Assembly (NCBI GenBank): GCA_963514005.1
Contig: OY740809.1
Span: forward strand, 21,452,001-21,516,000
Source of the DNA: Raja brachyura
Lineage: Eukaryota
Direction: 5' to 3'
DNA length: 64,000 bases
In this document: piece after piece, positions 1 through 10,800 of the stretch
Position numbering within the stretch: the first letter of the stretch is position 1
How the letters are laid out: each line of letters begins with the position of its first letter
Position numbers and translations under genes: made by a program
Notes under the pieces: generated by a model
The model's input: only the letters and a program-made list of their open reading frames with translations
The model's database searches: none
What the model was told of the DNA's origin: nothing

Positions 1-249
1 GTTGCAGGTGTGGTGGGACCGAGAGACCAATAAAAAGTATATACTTTTTAATTAAGCTACTTTTTGGTAGCAAGAACACAATGTGGCAATATAAACTTAA
101 CATTGCTATCTTAACATGGATTCCATCCAGCTAATTCCATTTTAATTTCATATTTTGTTTCTACCGGGAACAAATGCATTGGAAAAGCCACCAGTGTGTA
201 AATATATGTGAAATAGATAGAATGTGGGATTGGGTGAATGCACAGTATT

Positions 250-560
250 TTACCCAGTCATGGTATCAAAACCAGAGGACAGGTTTAAGGTGAGAAGGGA
301 AAGATTTAATAGGATTTAATGGAAACCTGAGGGGCAACTTTTTTTTAATACACAAGGTGGTGGATATATGGAACAAGCTGCCAGATGAGGTGGTTGAGGC
401 AGGTACTGTAACAACATTTAAAAGACACCTGGACAGGTAAATGGATGGGAAAGATTTAGAGGGATATGGGCCAAACACAGACTGGTGGGACATGTAGATT
501 GGGCATCTTGGTCGGCAAGGGCAAGTTGGGCCAAAGGGCCAGATTCTGTGCTGTACGACT
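250..560 (+). mobile_element. CR1/HER1-type LINE 3' fragment (similar copies at 5365-5660, 17340-17670, 22180-22610, 30280-30405 on +; 36650-37310, 46730-46870 on -)
   Basis: aggggcaactttttt..ggtggatatatggaacaagctgccaga..; tail gggccaaagggcc..tgctgtacgact shared with the V-SINE 3' end. Confidence 0.7.
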
Positions 561-949
561 AAATTGCCTAATAAGCATATGAGGAGAACCTGCAAGATAA
601 TGTTGAGATATGTATTCCTTTTCTCCAGCGATGCTGCCTGACATGCTGAGTTACTCCAGCATTTTGAGTCTATCATTGTCAGCATTTTGTGAATGGCATT
701 GTTCAGCATCACCCTTTCTGGCTAATTATTTCGCCGGTCAACCTGAGCCAACAAGCTACTAGAGATGCTGAAGTGACTCAGCAAGTCAGACAGCATCTCT
801 GGAGGATTCCCTTACATCCCTTCTCTCTCTCTCCATCCTCCCCCCACCCATTGTACTAGTACCACTGTCGTCCTGGTGAGTTTCATTGTATGTATAACTC
901 GTTTTCACCTAGCCCACAGCTATCAAGGCACTGTTTCCTTTATCATGAT

Positions 950-1225
950 TAAGAAAGAACTGCAGGTGCTGGAAAAATTGAAGTAGACAAAAATGCTGGA
1001 GAAACTCAGTGTGTGAGGCAGTATCTATGGAGCGAAGGAAGATGTGACATTTCGGGTCGAGACCCTTCTTCAGATGTTTGTGGGGATTGGGGGGTGGGAT
1101 GAAGAAAGGAAGAGGCGGAGACAGTGGGCTGTGGGAGACCAGGGGAGGGGAGGGGAAAGGGAAAAAGCAAGGACTACCTGAAATTGGAGGTCAATGTCAT
1201 ACCGCTGGGGTGTAAACTACCCAAT
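950..1225 (-). mobile_element. Penelope 3' end/pseudo-LTR with hammerhead motif (1046-1073)
   Basis: Reverse complement reads GSLHPSG ORF end, a pyrimidine tract, and CTGAAGAAGGGTCTCGACCCGAAATGTC. Confidence 0.75.
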
Positions 1226-1242
1226 CACTGTCTATATCTTAA

Positions 1243-1585
1243 GTTCAAGTGAGTTTATTGTCATGTGTCCCTGATAGGACAATGACATTCTTGCTTTGCT
1301 TCAGCACAACAGAACATAGTAGGCATTGACTACAAAACAGATCAGTGTGTCCATATACCATTATAGAAAAATATACACACATGAATAAATAAACTGATAA
1401 AGTGCAAATAACAGATAATGGGTTATTAATGTTCATAATTTTGTCCGAGCCAGGTTTAATAGCCTGATGGCTGTGGGGAAGTAGTTATTCCTGAACCTGG
1501 TCGTTGCAGTCTTCAGGCTGAAGGTAGTCTTCTACCTGAAGGTAGCAGGGAGATGAGTGTGTGGCCAGGATGGTGTGGGTCTTTG
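1243..1585 (-). mobile_element. Rex1/Babar-type LINE 3' fragment
   Basis: Reverse complement encodes KDPHHPGHTLISLLPSGRR...KTATTRFRNNYFPTAIRLLN, followed by a 3'UTR ending in aataaac. Confidence 0.75.
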
Positions 1586-1699
1586 GGTCTCTAGTTCCCC
1601 TGAATATCAATCAGAAGGGTCTCGACGCAAAATGTCACCTATTCCTTTTTTCCAGAGACGCTGCCTGTCCCACTGAGTTTGAAGAGACGCTGCCTGTCC

Positions 1700-1745
1700 C
1701 ACTGCGCCGCCGCCGCATCATATGACCCGGCAAGATGGCCGTGCA
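1700..1745 (+). promoter_or_regulatory. PPT1: PPT1 GC-rich 5'UTR/core promoter with YY1-like motif over the start codon
   Basis: (CGC)4 tract, palindromic TCATATGA E-box, and CAAGATGGCCG (YY1-like). Confidence 0.5.
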
Positions 1746-1849
1746 GGCAGCAGGGTGGTCATTGCTGCTGCTCCTCCACTTCACCTCTACACAACCATGG
1801 ACCGTCCACAACAGCACGCAGCTGCCCGTGGTCATATGGCACGGCATGG
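1735..1849 (+). CDS. PPT1: PPT1 exon 1 (signal peptide to WHGM)
   Basis: caagATGGcc Kozak context; [38 protein letters not shown]; donor G|GTAAGA. Confidence 0.93.
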
Positions 1850-4800
1850 GTAAGATAAAAGCGGTAGCGCTCTAAATTGCGCCCAAATCGAATGTATTTA
1901 GCAAAGGCGCTGTCTGGGAAGGACACAAAGTGCTGGAGTCAGTATCTCAGCGGGTCAGGCAGCGCCTCTGGAGAACATGGGGAGGTGATGGTCCTGGTCC
2001 CGGTCCGGACCCTTCTTCGGACTGCAGTTACAAAGAACTGCAGATGTTGGTTTATATCACAGAAAGACACAAAGTGCTGGAGTAACTCAGTGGTTCAAGC
2101 AGCATCTCTGGAGAAAAAGGACAGGCGACGTTTCGGTTCGAAACTCTTCTCCAGAGGGTCCCGGTAGGAAACACCACCTACCCATCTTCTCCAGAGATGC
2201 TGCCTGACCCACCGAGTTACTTAGCACTTTCTGTCATTTTGTGTATTAACCAGCATCTACAGTTATTTGAATCTGCGTTCTCTGGGAGTTAAGTCTACCC
2301 GGAAACGAACCGTCTGTCTCTTTCGCTCTTTACTTCAATTCCATCATATAACATCTTTTTTTGCAAAAGTGTTGAAAACATTGCGTTGTAACTCGATATA
2401 TGCTTTAGAAACGTTCTAGATATCGGTCTATTTTAACTGTTACAGTTATTTCGTTCAATGGGAGCATTAAACCGTTTTCTGTGAGGCTTTTTTGTTCCTT
2501 TAATCTACTTCCTGAGCGTCAGGCAAATCCTATTAGAGAGTAATCAAGCGTGGCGACAAAATACAAGGGATAGCTTCAATGTAGGGACAAGTAAACTTAA
2601 TCTAATTTTTTTGCAGCATCCAAAATATTAATCTGCAAAACAATTGTTCCTTTTTAGCTTTTTGATTTTTGAAAAAAATTGATGTGGCTTTGTGCTGCAT
2701 GTGAAACCAAGTCATAGGAGCAGAATTAGGCCATTTGGCCCATCAAGTCTACGCCGCCATTCAATCATGGCTGATCTTTCTTTCCTTCTCAACCCCATTC
2801 TCCTGCCTTCTCACTGTTACCCTTCACACCCTTACTAACCATACAGATATCTTTGGTAGAATGTAAGTATCTCAGTTTATTTGTTTTTTTGGTTGCTGAT
2901 TAAGGGAAAGGATGTGAGGAAGGAAATATCAAACATGTTATTCCCTTATCCATGTATCTGTACACTGTAAAAGGGTGGTGAGGGGCAGGGCAGGATGAGG
3001 GCACCAAGGTTGAGTTGAAGCATAAGCGAGTTTAGTGACTAAGTCAGGACAAAGAGGCTGGAATTCTTTCCAAACTGGCACATGACATAACTTTATTCTC
3101 AAAACCAGGAATATTCTCTGTCTTGATAAAAAAACATAGAAATATGCTGGACTTGTAGTATGGAAGGATACAATTTTACAGCAAAGCTGATCATCTTGTC
3201 TGCTCAGGGCCCCGATGCCAGGCTAGCACAATTGTCAATGTGGACTATTGGTTGTTCCTTGTATTGATAATGCAACACACTGAATTCACTAACAAAAAGC
3301 AAACTACTGGAAGAACTCAGTCTGTCAAGAAGCACCTATGGAGCAGACAGTGTTTCAGGTCGGGCCTTGCATCAGGACTAGGCAGAATTGTCTTGACCCA
3401 ATCCTTGACTATCCCTTTGCTTCCACAGATGCTGCTTGACCTGCAGAGTTCTTCCTGCAGTTTTTTTTGCTTTTGCTCCAGACTTCAACATTTGCAATCG
3501 CTTACTCTTGCACAATTTTATTTCCAGATATTTCATAGTCAAATAGTAAAACTGGTGAATGAAAAGGGGTGTGGGGATCAGGTTCTGTTGAGTGAGATGC
3601 TGAGTTATTGAGATCTCTGAATAGTTGGATAGTTGATTACTGGAGTTTTATTTTATTTGATTGTTGACACTTACATAACTAGTCAAACTGTTGCTTTGGA
3701 ATATGCATGATGCTACTTGCACTGATTGATACACTTCAAACCACCAATCCTGCTTGAAGTGTCCATTCAACATTGTTAGAACAAGGAGTATGTAATTGCA
3801 ATAAACAGCATTGCTGAATTAAAGTGGAAGTGACAATAACTAATGAGGAAGCTTGGAAATGGTTAAGTTGAAGCTGTAATATGGGGGGAAGTTTGTGTAC
3901 TTTAGATAAACCATTTGGAATGGCTAGTTTCTGCAATTTTTAATTAAGATGTATGTAAAAGTTGCTCTGGTGATACTTCAGTACAGTCCTGAACTGTTTT
4001 GTACAAATTAACTAGGTGACAGCTGCTGCAATCCTCTCAGCATGGGATTCATCAAGAAACTGGTGGAAGAAAAAGTTCCAGGAATTTATGTTTTGTCTTT
4101 GGAAATTGGGAACAGCATTACAGAGGTATGTTTGAATAAGATAATTAATTGCAAATGTAGTCTAATTTCTTTGAAATTATTTTAATGGTCATGATATTGG
4201 GATGGATCATTGAAGATCCAGAGACAAAATTAAATCTTCCCATAGTAACTAAATGGTTTAAGTTCCATTAAATATCTTGGAAAGATGTTTTTACAATAAT
4301 ATGACTGGTTGATTAATTCAATCCATGTTTCTTGTTTAAGCTAATCTGTATGTGAATAGTGAATTTGCATACTTCTGAACTCCTAGCAAGCCATACAAAT
4401 CTAGGACAACTTGGGAACGTCACTGAATAATTCAGTAAATAGATTCAAGAACAGTACAGTGGTGCCATAACTGATGGCATACGGTGTTGAAGGATGAGCA
4501 ACAATTGAATGTTGCAAATTACAAGTGAGGAACTAGTTCATTTCAGATGTTTGCAGTAGGGTTTCTGTTCCTAATTCCAGTCCAGCTATCCCAGTGCAAA
4601 CTTTTCAATAGGATATCTGTCAGCTTAGTGGAGATAGAGCTCAACTGTGTTTCCTCATTTAATAGTTCAATCCCCAGTCCCATTCAATTGTGCTTTAAAC
4701 TGAAGTTCTTTAGTATGACTTTCATATGAAGAAAGACTGGATAGACTCGGCTTGTACTCGCTAGAATTTCGAAGAGGGGGGATCTTATAGAAACATACAA

Positions 4801-7800
4801 AATTCTTAAGGGGTTGGACAGGCTAGATGCAGGAAGATTGTTCCCGATGTTGGGGAAGTCCAGGACAAGGGGGTCACAGTTTAAGGATAAGGGGGAAATC
4901 TTTTAGGACCGAGATGAGAAAAACATATTTCACACAGAGAGTGGTGAATCTCTGGAATTCTCTGCCACAGAAGGTAGTTGAGGCCAGTTCATAGGCTATA
5001 TTTAAGAGGGAGTTAGATGTGGCCCGTGTGGCTAAAGGGATCAAGGGGTATGGAGAGAAGGCAGGTAAGGGATAGTGAGTTGGATGATCAGCCATGATCA
5101 TATTGAATGGCGGTGCAGGCTCGAAGGGCCGAATGGCCTACTCCACCTATTTTCTATGTTTCTATGACCACGTAATTCAGATACTAGAGTATTCACTAAG
5201 TATTGCACATGATGCTTTTTTGGAGTGAAATTTTAATATACCTGGTTTTAACTGCTCCTTACAAGTATCTGTTACTTGAATTATCCCAGATATCTGTTGG
5301 TCAGGGTTTGATTGTGGAAGATTTAAGAGCAAAGTCTTGATTAATGGTTCCAGTCCTTTTACCAGGACTGCAGAGTCCAGTATTAAAGGACATAGGTTTA
5401 AAGTGAGAACGGATAGAGTTAGTAAAGCTGATGGGTAATTGCTTCATGCAGAGGGTGGCGGATGTATGGAACAAGCTGCCTGAGCAATTGGTAGAGGCAG
5501 GTACAACGGTGATGTTTAAAAGACATTTAACCAGGTACATGGATAGGCATGGTTTAGAGGGTTTTGGGCTAAAAGCAAGCAAATGGGATTAGCTCAACTA
5601 TAAAACCTTGTCAGCGTGGATATGTTGGGCTGAAGGGCCTGTTTGCATGCTGTATGACATGATAATCTAAATGTGGATTATTCTTCTCTATGGTTACACT
5701 ATAACCCTTCATACAGATCTCTAATTTTGATCTTTTTCTTTAAAAAGGACATGGAAAACAGTTTCTTCATGAATGTAAATGACCAGGTAGAGCTGGTGTG
5801 CAATATATTATCCAAGGACAAGATGCTGCAGAACGGATATAATGCAATGGGCTTCTCTCAAGGAGGTCAGTTTCTGTAAGTATCCTATCAGTTAAAAGTT
5901 AAAAAAGCAGTTTTGTTTGTTATTTATTTCACTAAAGAATCTAATTTTGTATTTCTACCCATCACAGAAGGGCTGTGGCACAGAGATGCCCCTCTCCTGC
6001 CATGAAAAATCTCATCTCATTTGGAGGCCAACATCAAGGTAATATTTAAGGGCACGATTCATTGGCATAATTGTATGAAACACCTATTAATGTGAGAGGT
6101 TGCAAAATCCTATTATTAAATCTGTAGGCGTTACTAGATAGGTAATTATAGAACCCTGGTTGGATTATTACAAGATTGTGCTACCATCTTTGCACCATTC
6201 TAATGTTTTGCATTCATTGTTGTATTTATTTATTGTGATCATCATTATCATGTATACTGTTTATTCTGAGCTTAATGCGAACAGGAAATTTCATTGCACC
6301 CTGGTGTAAATCAGTAGTAAACTAAGACAGTAGAGTGGCACAGTGGAGTAGTGAAAAAACTTACTGCCTTACAAAGCCAGAGACCCGGGTTCGATCCTGA
6401 CTATGGGTGCTTGTCTATGCGGAGTTTGTATATTCTCCCCGTGACTTGCGTGGTTTTCCTCCGAGATCTTCGGTTTCCTCTCATACTCCAAAGACTTGTA
6501 GGTTAATTGACTTGGTATAAATGTAAAATTGTCCATAGTATGTGTAGGATAGTGTTAATGTGTGGGATTAATGGGCCGAAAGGCCTTTTTCTGCGCTGTA
6601 TCTCTAAATTAAACTATCTGAATGAGAATATTGTACATTGACCGAGTGTCCCCATCTACAGGAGGAGAGGATCTACAGTTCTTGCTTTGGAGGAAGTGCA
6701 GTGTAAACATTCACCAAATTGATTCCTAGAAGTTTGTTGAGGAAAGTTGCCCTTTTAGCGAGAATAAGTAGGCTTGGGCCGGTGCAATCTTGAGTTTAAA
6801 GAATTGAAGGTGGTTTCATTCGTACTTAGAACATTCTCAATAAGATAAATACAGGCATTTGTTTTCCTGTGGTTGCGGTGAGTTGAAACTGGGAATTGAT
6901 CACACAGAAAAGGATCCACCATTCAGGACTAAGATGAGAACATGTCTTTACCTGGCAGTAGTGAATCTTGGGGAATTCTATATCCATGATTCCTGTGGAG
7001 GTTTAGTTAACAAGCAGATTGTAGACAGATTAATATACTTTTATTGGATGTTAGAATTGATCAATGTGGTGTTACTTTGGAAAGGTGGTGCTGAGATAAA
7101 AGTTCAGTCTTGATCTTATCTGAACAATGCAACATGCACTAAAGGTTATATGGCCAACTCCTTGATATTGATTTTGTTCCTACTGCAAATTCAAATGTGT
7201 TCGGCCCCTAAACAGAATGCATCAGGCTCACAAAAAGCTGACCCTCAGCATTCAAGAGGCAGCCAGTGTGTCAGAATGGCGTTGAGAGGCAGGTAGGGCT
7301 TGGAGATCTGCTGAAGACACTCTGCTTCAGCCTGCCATTACAGTCTGTTGCAGGCAGACTCTGACGAGGTTTTAAATGCTGAAATTAAAATAACTTTGCA
7401 TTTTCCTTTCAAACGGTACTAATTCTGTTTCTCCCAATCTTCCTTCACAGGTGTCTATGGTTTACCTCGCTGTCCTGGAGAAAGTTCCCATATCTGCAAT
7501 TGGATAAGAAAAATGCTGAACTGGGGTGCATATTCAAGTCCAATTCAAGAGCAGTAAGTAATAAGCAAAGAATGTGTCTAAGGGATTGAAGCCTGGAATA
7601 GAATAGAAGTTTGAATTTGAAGTGGTGAACTTTTACAACAGTTAAGAGGCCATCAAAGACATAGTGAAAAGTATTTTAAGGACTGTGGAGGAATGTGATG
7701 TTGTGATCCTTGGGTAAAGGGTAAACATAGAAACAGAAACAGAAAATAGGTGCAGGAGTAGGCCATTCGGCCCCTCGAGCCAGCACCGCCATTCAATATG

Positions 7801-10800
7801 ATCATGGCTGATCATCCAAAATCAGTACCCGGTTCCGGCTTTTTCCCCATATCCCTTGATTCCCTTAGCCCTAAGAGCTAAATCTAACTCTCCCTTGAAA
7901 ACATCTAGTGAATTGGCCTCCACTGCCTTCTGTGGCAGAGAATTCCACAGATTCACAACTCTCTGGGTGAAGCAGTTTTTCTTCAATTCAGTCCTTAATG
8001 GTCGACCCCTGGTTCTGGACTCCCACAACAACGGGAATATTTTTCCTGCATCTACCCTGTCCAATCCTCTAAGAATTTTATATTTTATGTTATAACTTTC
8101 CAGATTTCATTATGAAACAAATACATGGTTATTGATTTACATTTCAATTTCTACCCAGGTCCTCAGCCCCTGATTGTCCACAATGACTGTTTGCAGTGCA
8201 TGAGCAAGTTTGATAAAGCAGAGAGCAGTAATTATTCAGATCAGCAAACATGGCTACACAATACATCTATCAAATTTTGGAAATTATTTTCAGGCTATAA
8301 TGAAATTCTGCATGGAATTGTTTAACCTTCAGTTGGCAGCTTTCAATTTCCTGGTCCAACCAGGTCATCCTCACCATGGATGTCCAATCTACCTACATCT
8401 TAGTCCCACACTAGGATGTCCTTGCAGCCCCAATTGTTTCCTCAAATGAAGGCTCAGCCAATAGCCCAACATCACCATCTTTATTTACCTGGCTGAGCTC
8501 ATTCTTACATTGAATAACTTCTCCTTTACCTCCATTCACTCTCTACATCAGAGGTAAAATGTAATCTGAGTGGGTCTAAAGTAAGCCAGTATCTTTGTGG
8601 AATTGTTTAAGTTAAGATGGAGCTCCTTCCTTCCCCTTAGTACAATGACCAGATTGTCGCTGCCTCCTACACTCATGCGGAACTTAATTTCATTAGTCTT
8701 TCTGCCAATTTCCTTTCTGCTCTTATTTTTATGTGGTCCATATCTGACTTCCCATTTCTTGACTTCTCTATCTCTGGAATGAAGGTAGGCTAATACCAAT
8801 AACACAACAGGCCCATTGACTACCACAGCCATCTTGACTATAATTTGTTTCCCAGTTTTGTTAGTTTTTCCTATTTCATTGTTGTAATGAAGCCTTCTGC
8901 ACCAGTGCCTCGGATGGCTCCCCTTTTCTTTTTCCGTGGCTTACGCTCTACAATAGTTGACAAGAACCAAGTTACTTTATTTCCCATGACAGTTTCCCTG
9001 TCCTCCCAGCAGAGTAATGAGGTTCCACTTATATTAGCCTTCCACCCATCGACCCCCGATGTTCAATGGATCAACCCCATTATTTCTGCCACCAGATGCA
9101 ACTCCACTCCAAGCATTCCAAAGGGATTGATCACTCTGACCCCCTGGTTCGCTCTTGAATCTTCATGAGCCATCTCCTTTTCGCAATACTTTCCCATGCA
9201 ACCTCTGGGAGGCAACACCCACTCTTCACCTTGTCCCCTCCCAACACGGGAAAAACCCCAAAAGTATTTTTTGGGTGAAACAGCAATTACCAGCACTTAT
9301 GTTTGTTATTGGTACTACAATATGGGCTTTTATCTTGGAGAAACAGTGCTGAATGGGTGACTGTTTTGCAGCATATCTCTTCAATCTGCATCGACAACCA
9401 GAATTTCCAATTGCCTTTTTAAATCTCCATCGCACATCCACGTTGGCTCCCACACAGTTCCAATAAAGCCCAAGAACAGCACATCACCCTCTGTCTATGA
9501 ATGTTTGAGTTCTAGGCACTTGGATTGAATTTAGTTTTGGGTAAACTGCCATTCCTGTTAGTGAGAACTACATATTTCTGGTGTGAAGTCACCACCTGTA
9601 AGAGTTCTGGCACATTGCTTTGTTCTATTGATTGGCCTTGTCTCCCTCAGTATGCACTATACATCGACAGTAGGCCATTCGAGCCAGCACCGCCATTCAA
9701 TGTGATCATGGCTGATCATCCACAATCAGTATCCCGTTCCTGCCTTCTCCCCAAATCCCTTGATTCCGCTAGTCCTCAGAGCTCTATCTAACTCTCTTTT
9801 GAATGCATCCCGTGACTCGGCCTCCACTGCTTTCTGTGGCAGAGAATTCCACAAATTCACAATTCTCTGTGTGAAAAAGTGTTTCCTCATCTCAATTCTA
9901 AATGGCCTACCCCTTATTCTTAAACTGTGGCCCCTGGCTCTAGATTCCCCCAACATCTGGTTCTGGACCCCCCCCCTCAAACAACATCGGGAACATGTTC
10001 CCTGCATCTACCCTGTCCAATCCCTTAATAATTTTATATGTTTCTATGAGATCCCCTCTCATCCTTCTAAATTCCAGTGAATACAAGCCCAGTCGCTCCA
10101 TTCTTTCATCATATGACAGTCCCGCCATCCCAGGAATTAACCTTGTGAACCTACGCTGCACTCCCTCAATAGCAAGAATGTCCTTCTTCAAATTAGGAGA
10201 CTAAAACTGCACACAATACCCCAGGTGTGGTCTCACCAGGGCCCTGTACAACTAGAAGGACCTCTTTGATCCTATACTCAACTTTAGATAGATCAGCTAT
10301 GGTTAACAAACATTTGTCATGCTCTGTCAGCAGCAACAGCACGTTGTCATCTGGATAATTTTTGCCTCCACCTGATGGCAAATAATCCTTTTCTTACCCA
10401 TTTCACAACCTCTTTTCTGCAACTTTATAATATAAATTCTCATTTTTCCAATTATATGAAAAATCATTGACCTGAAATATTAACTGTTTCTCACCCCCAT
10501 TATGCAGCCTGACCTGTTTGAGTATTTGCAGCAGTTGTTTATCTTTAATATTTTTTGCATCTGCAATTATCTTACTTGAAAGTCTGATTGTTTATTATTG
10601 CTTTGCTGACAGCTTAGTGCAGGCTGAATACTGGCATGATCCCTTGAATGAAGAGCTCTACAGGAACAAAAGTGTTTTCTTGGCAGACATCAATCAAGAA
10701 AGGGTAGGTATTATTGGAATAAATGTTACTAATTGTCTACCTCGACTAAGTTGTTAGGCATCTTAGACCATGAATTGTATTCATGACATGTCAGTAGAGA

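Larger units (their letters stand above)
1611..2275. repeat. Cluster of Penelope pLTR-derived short repeats flanking PPT1 exon 1 (1611-1704 +, 1920-2153 -, 2153-2275 +)
   Basis: Recurring ctccagagatgctgcctgtcccactgagttac motif in both orientations. The same family occurs at 605-675, 3290-3495, 28140-28265, 34972-35150, 39495-39565, 52320-52425, 53090-53207, 54815-54903 and 57955-58080. Confidence 0.75.
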
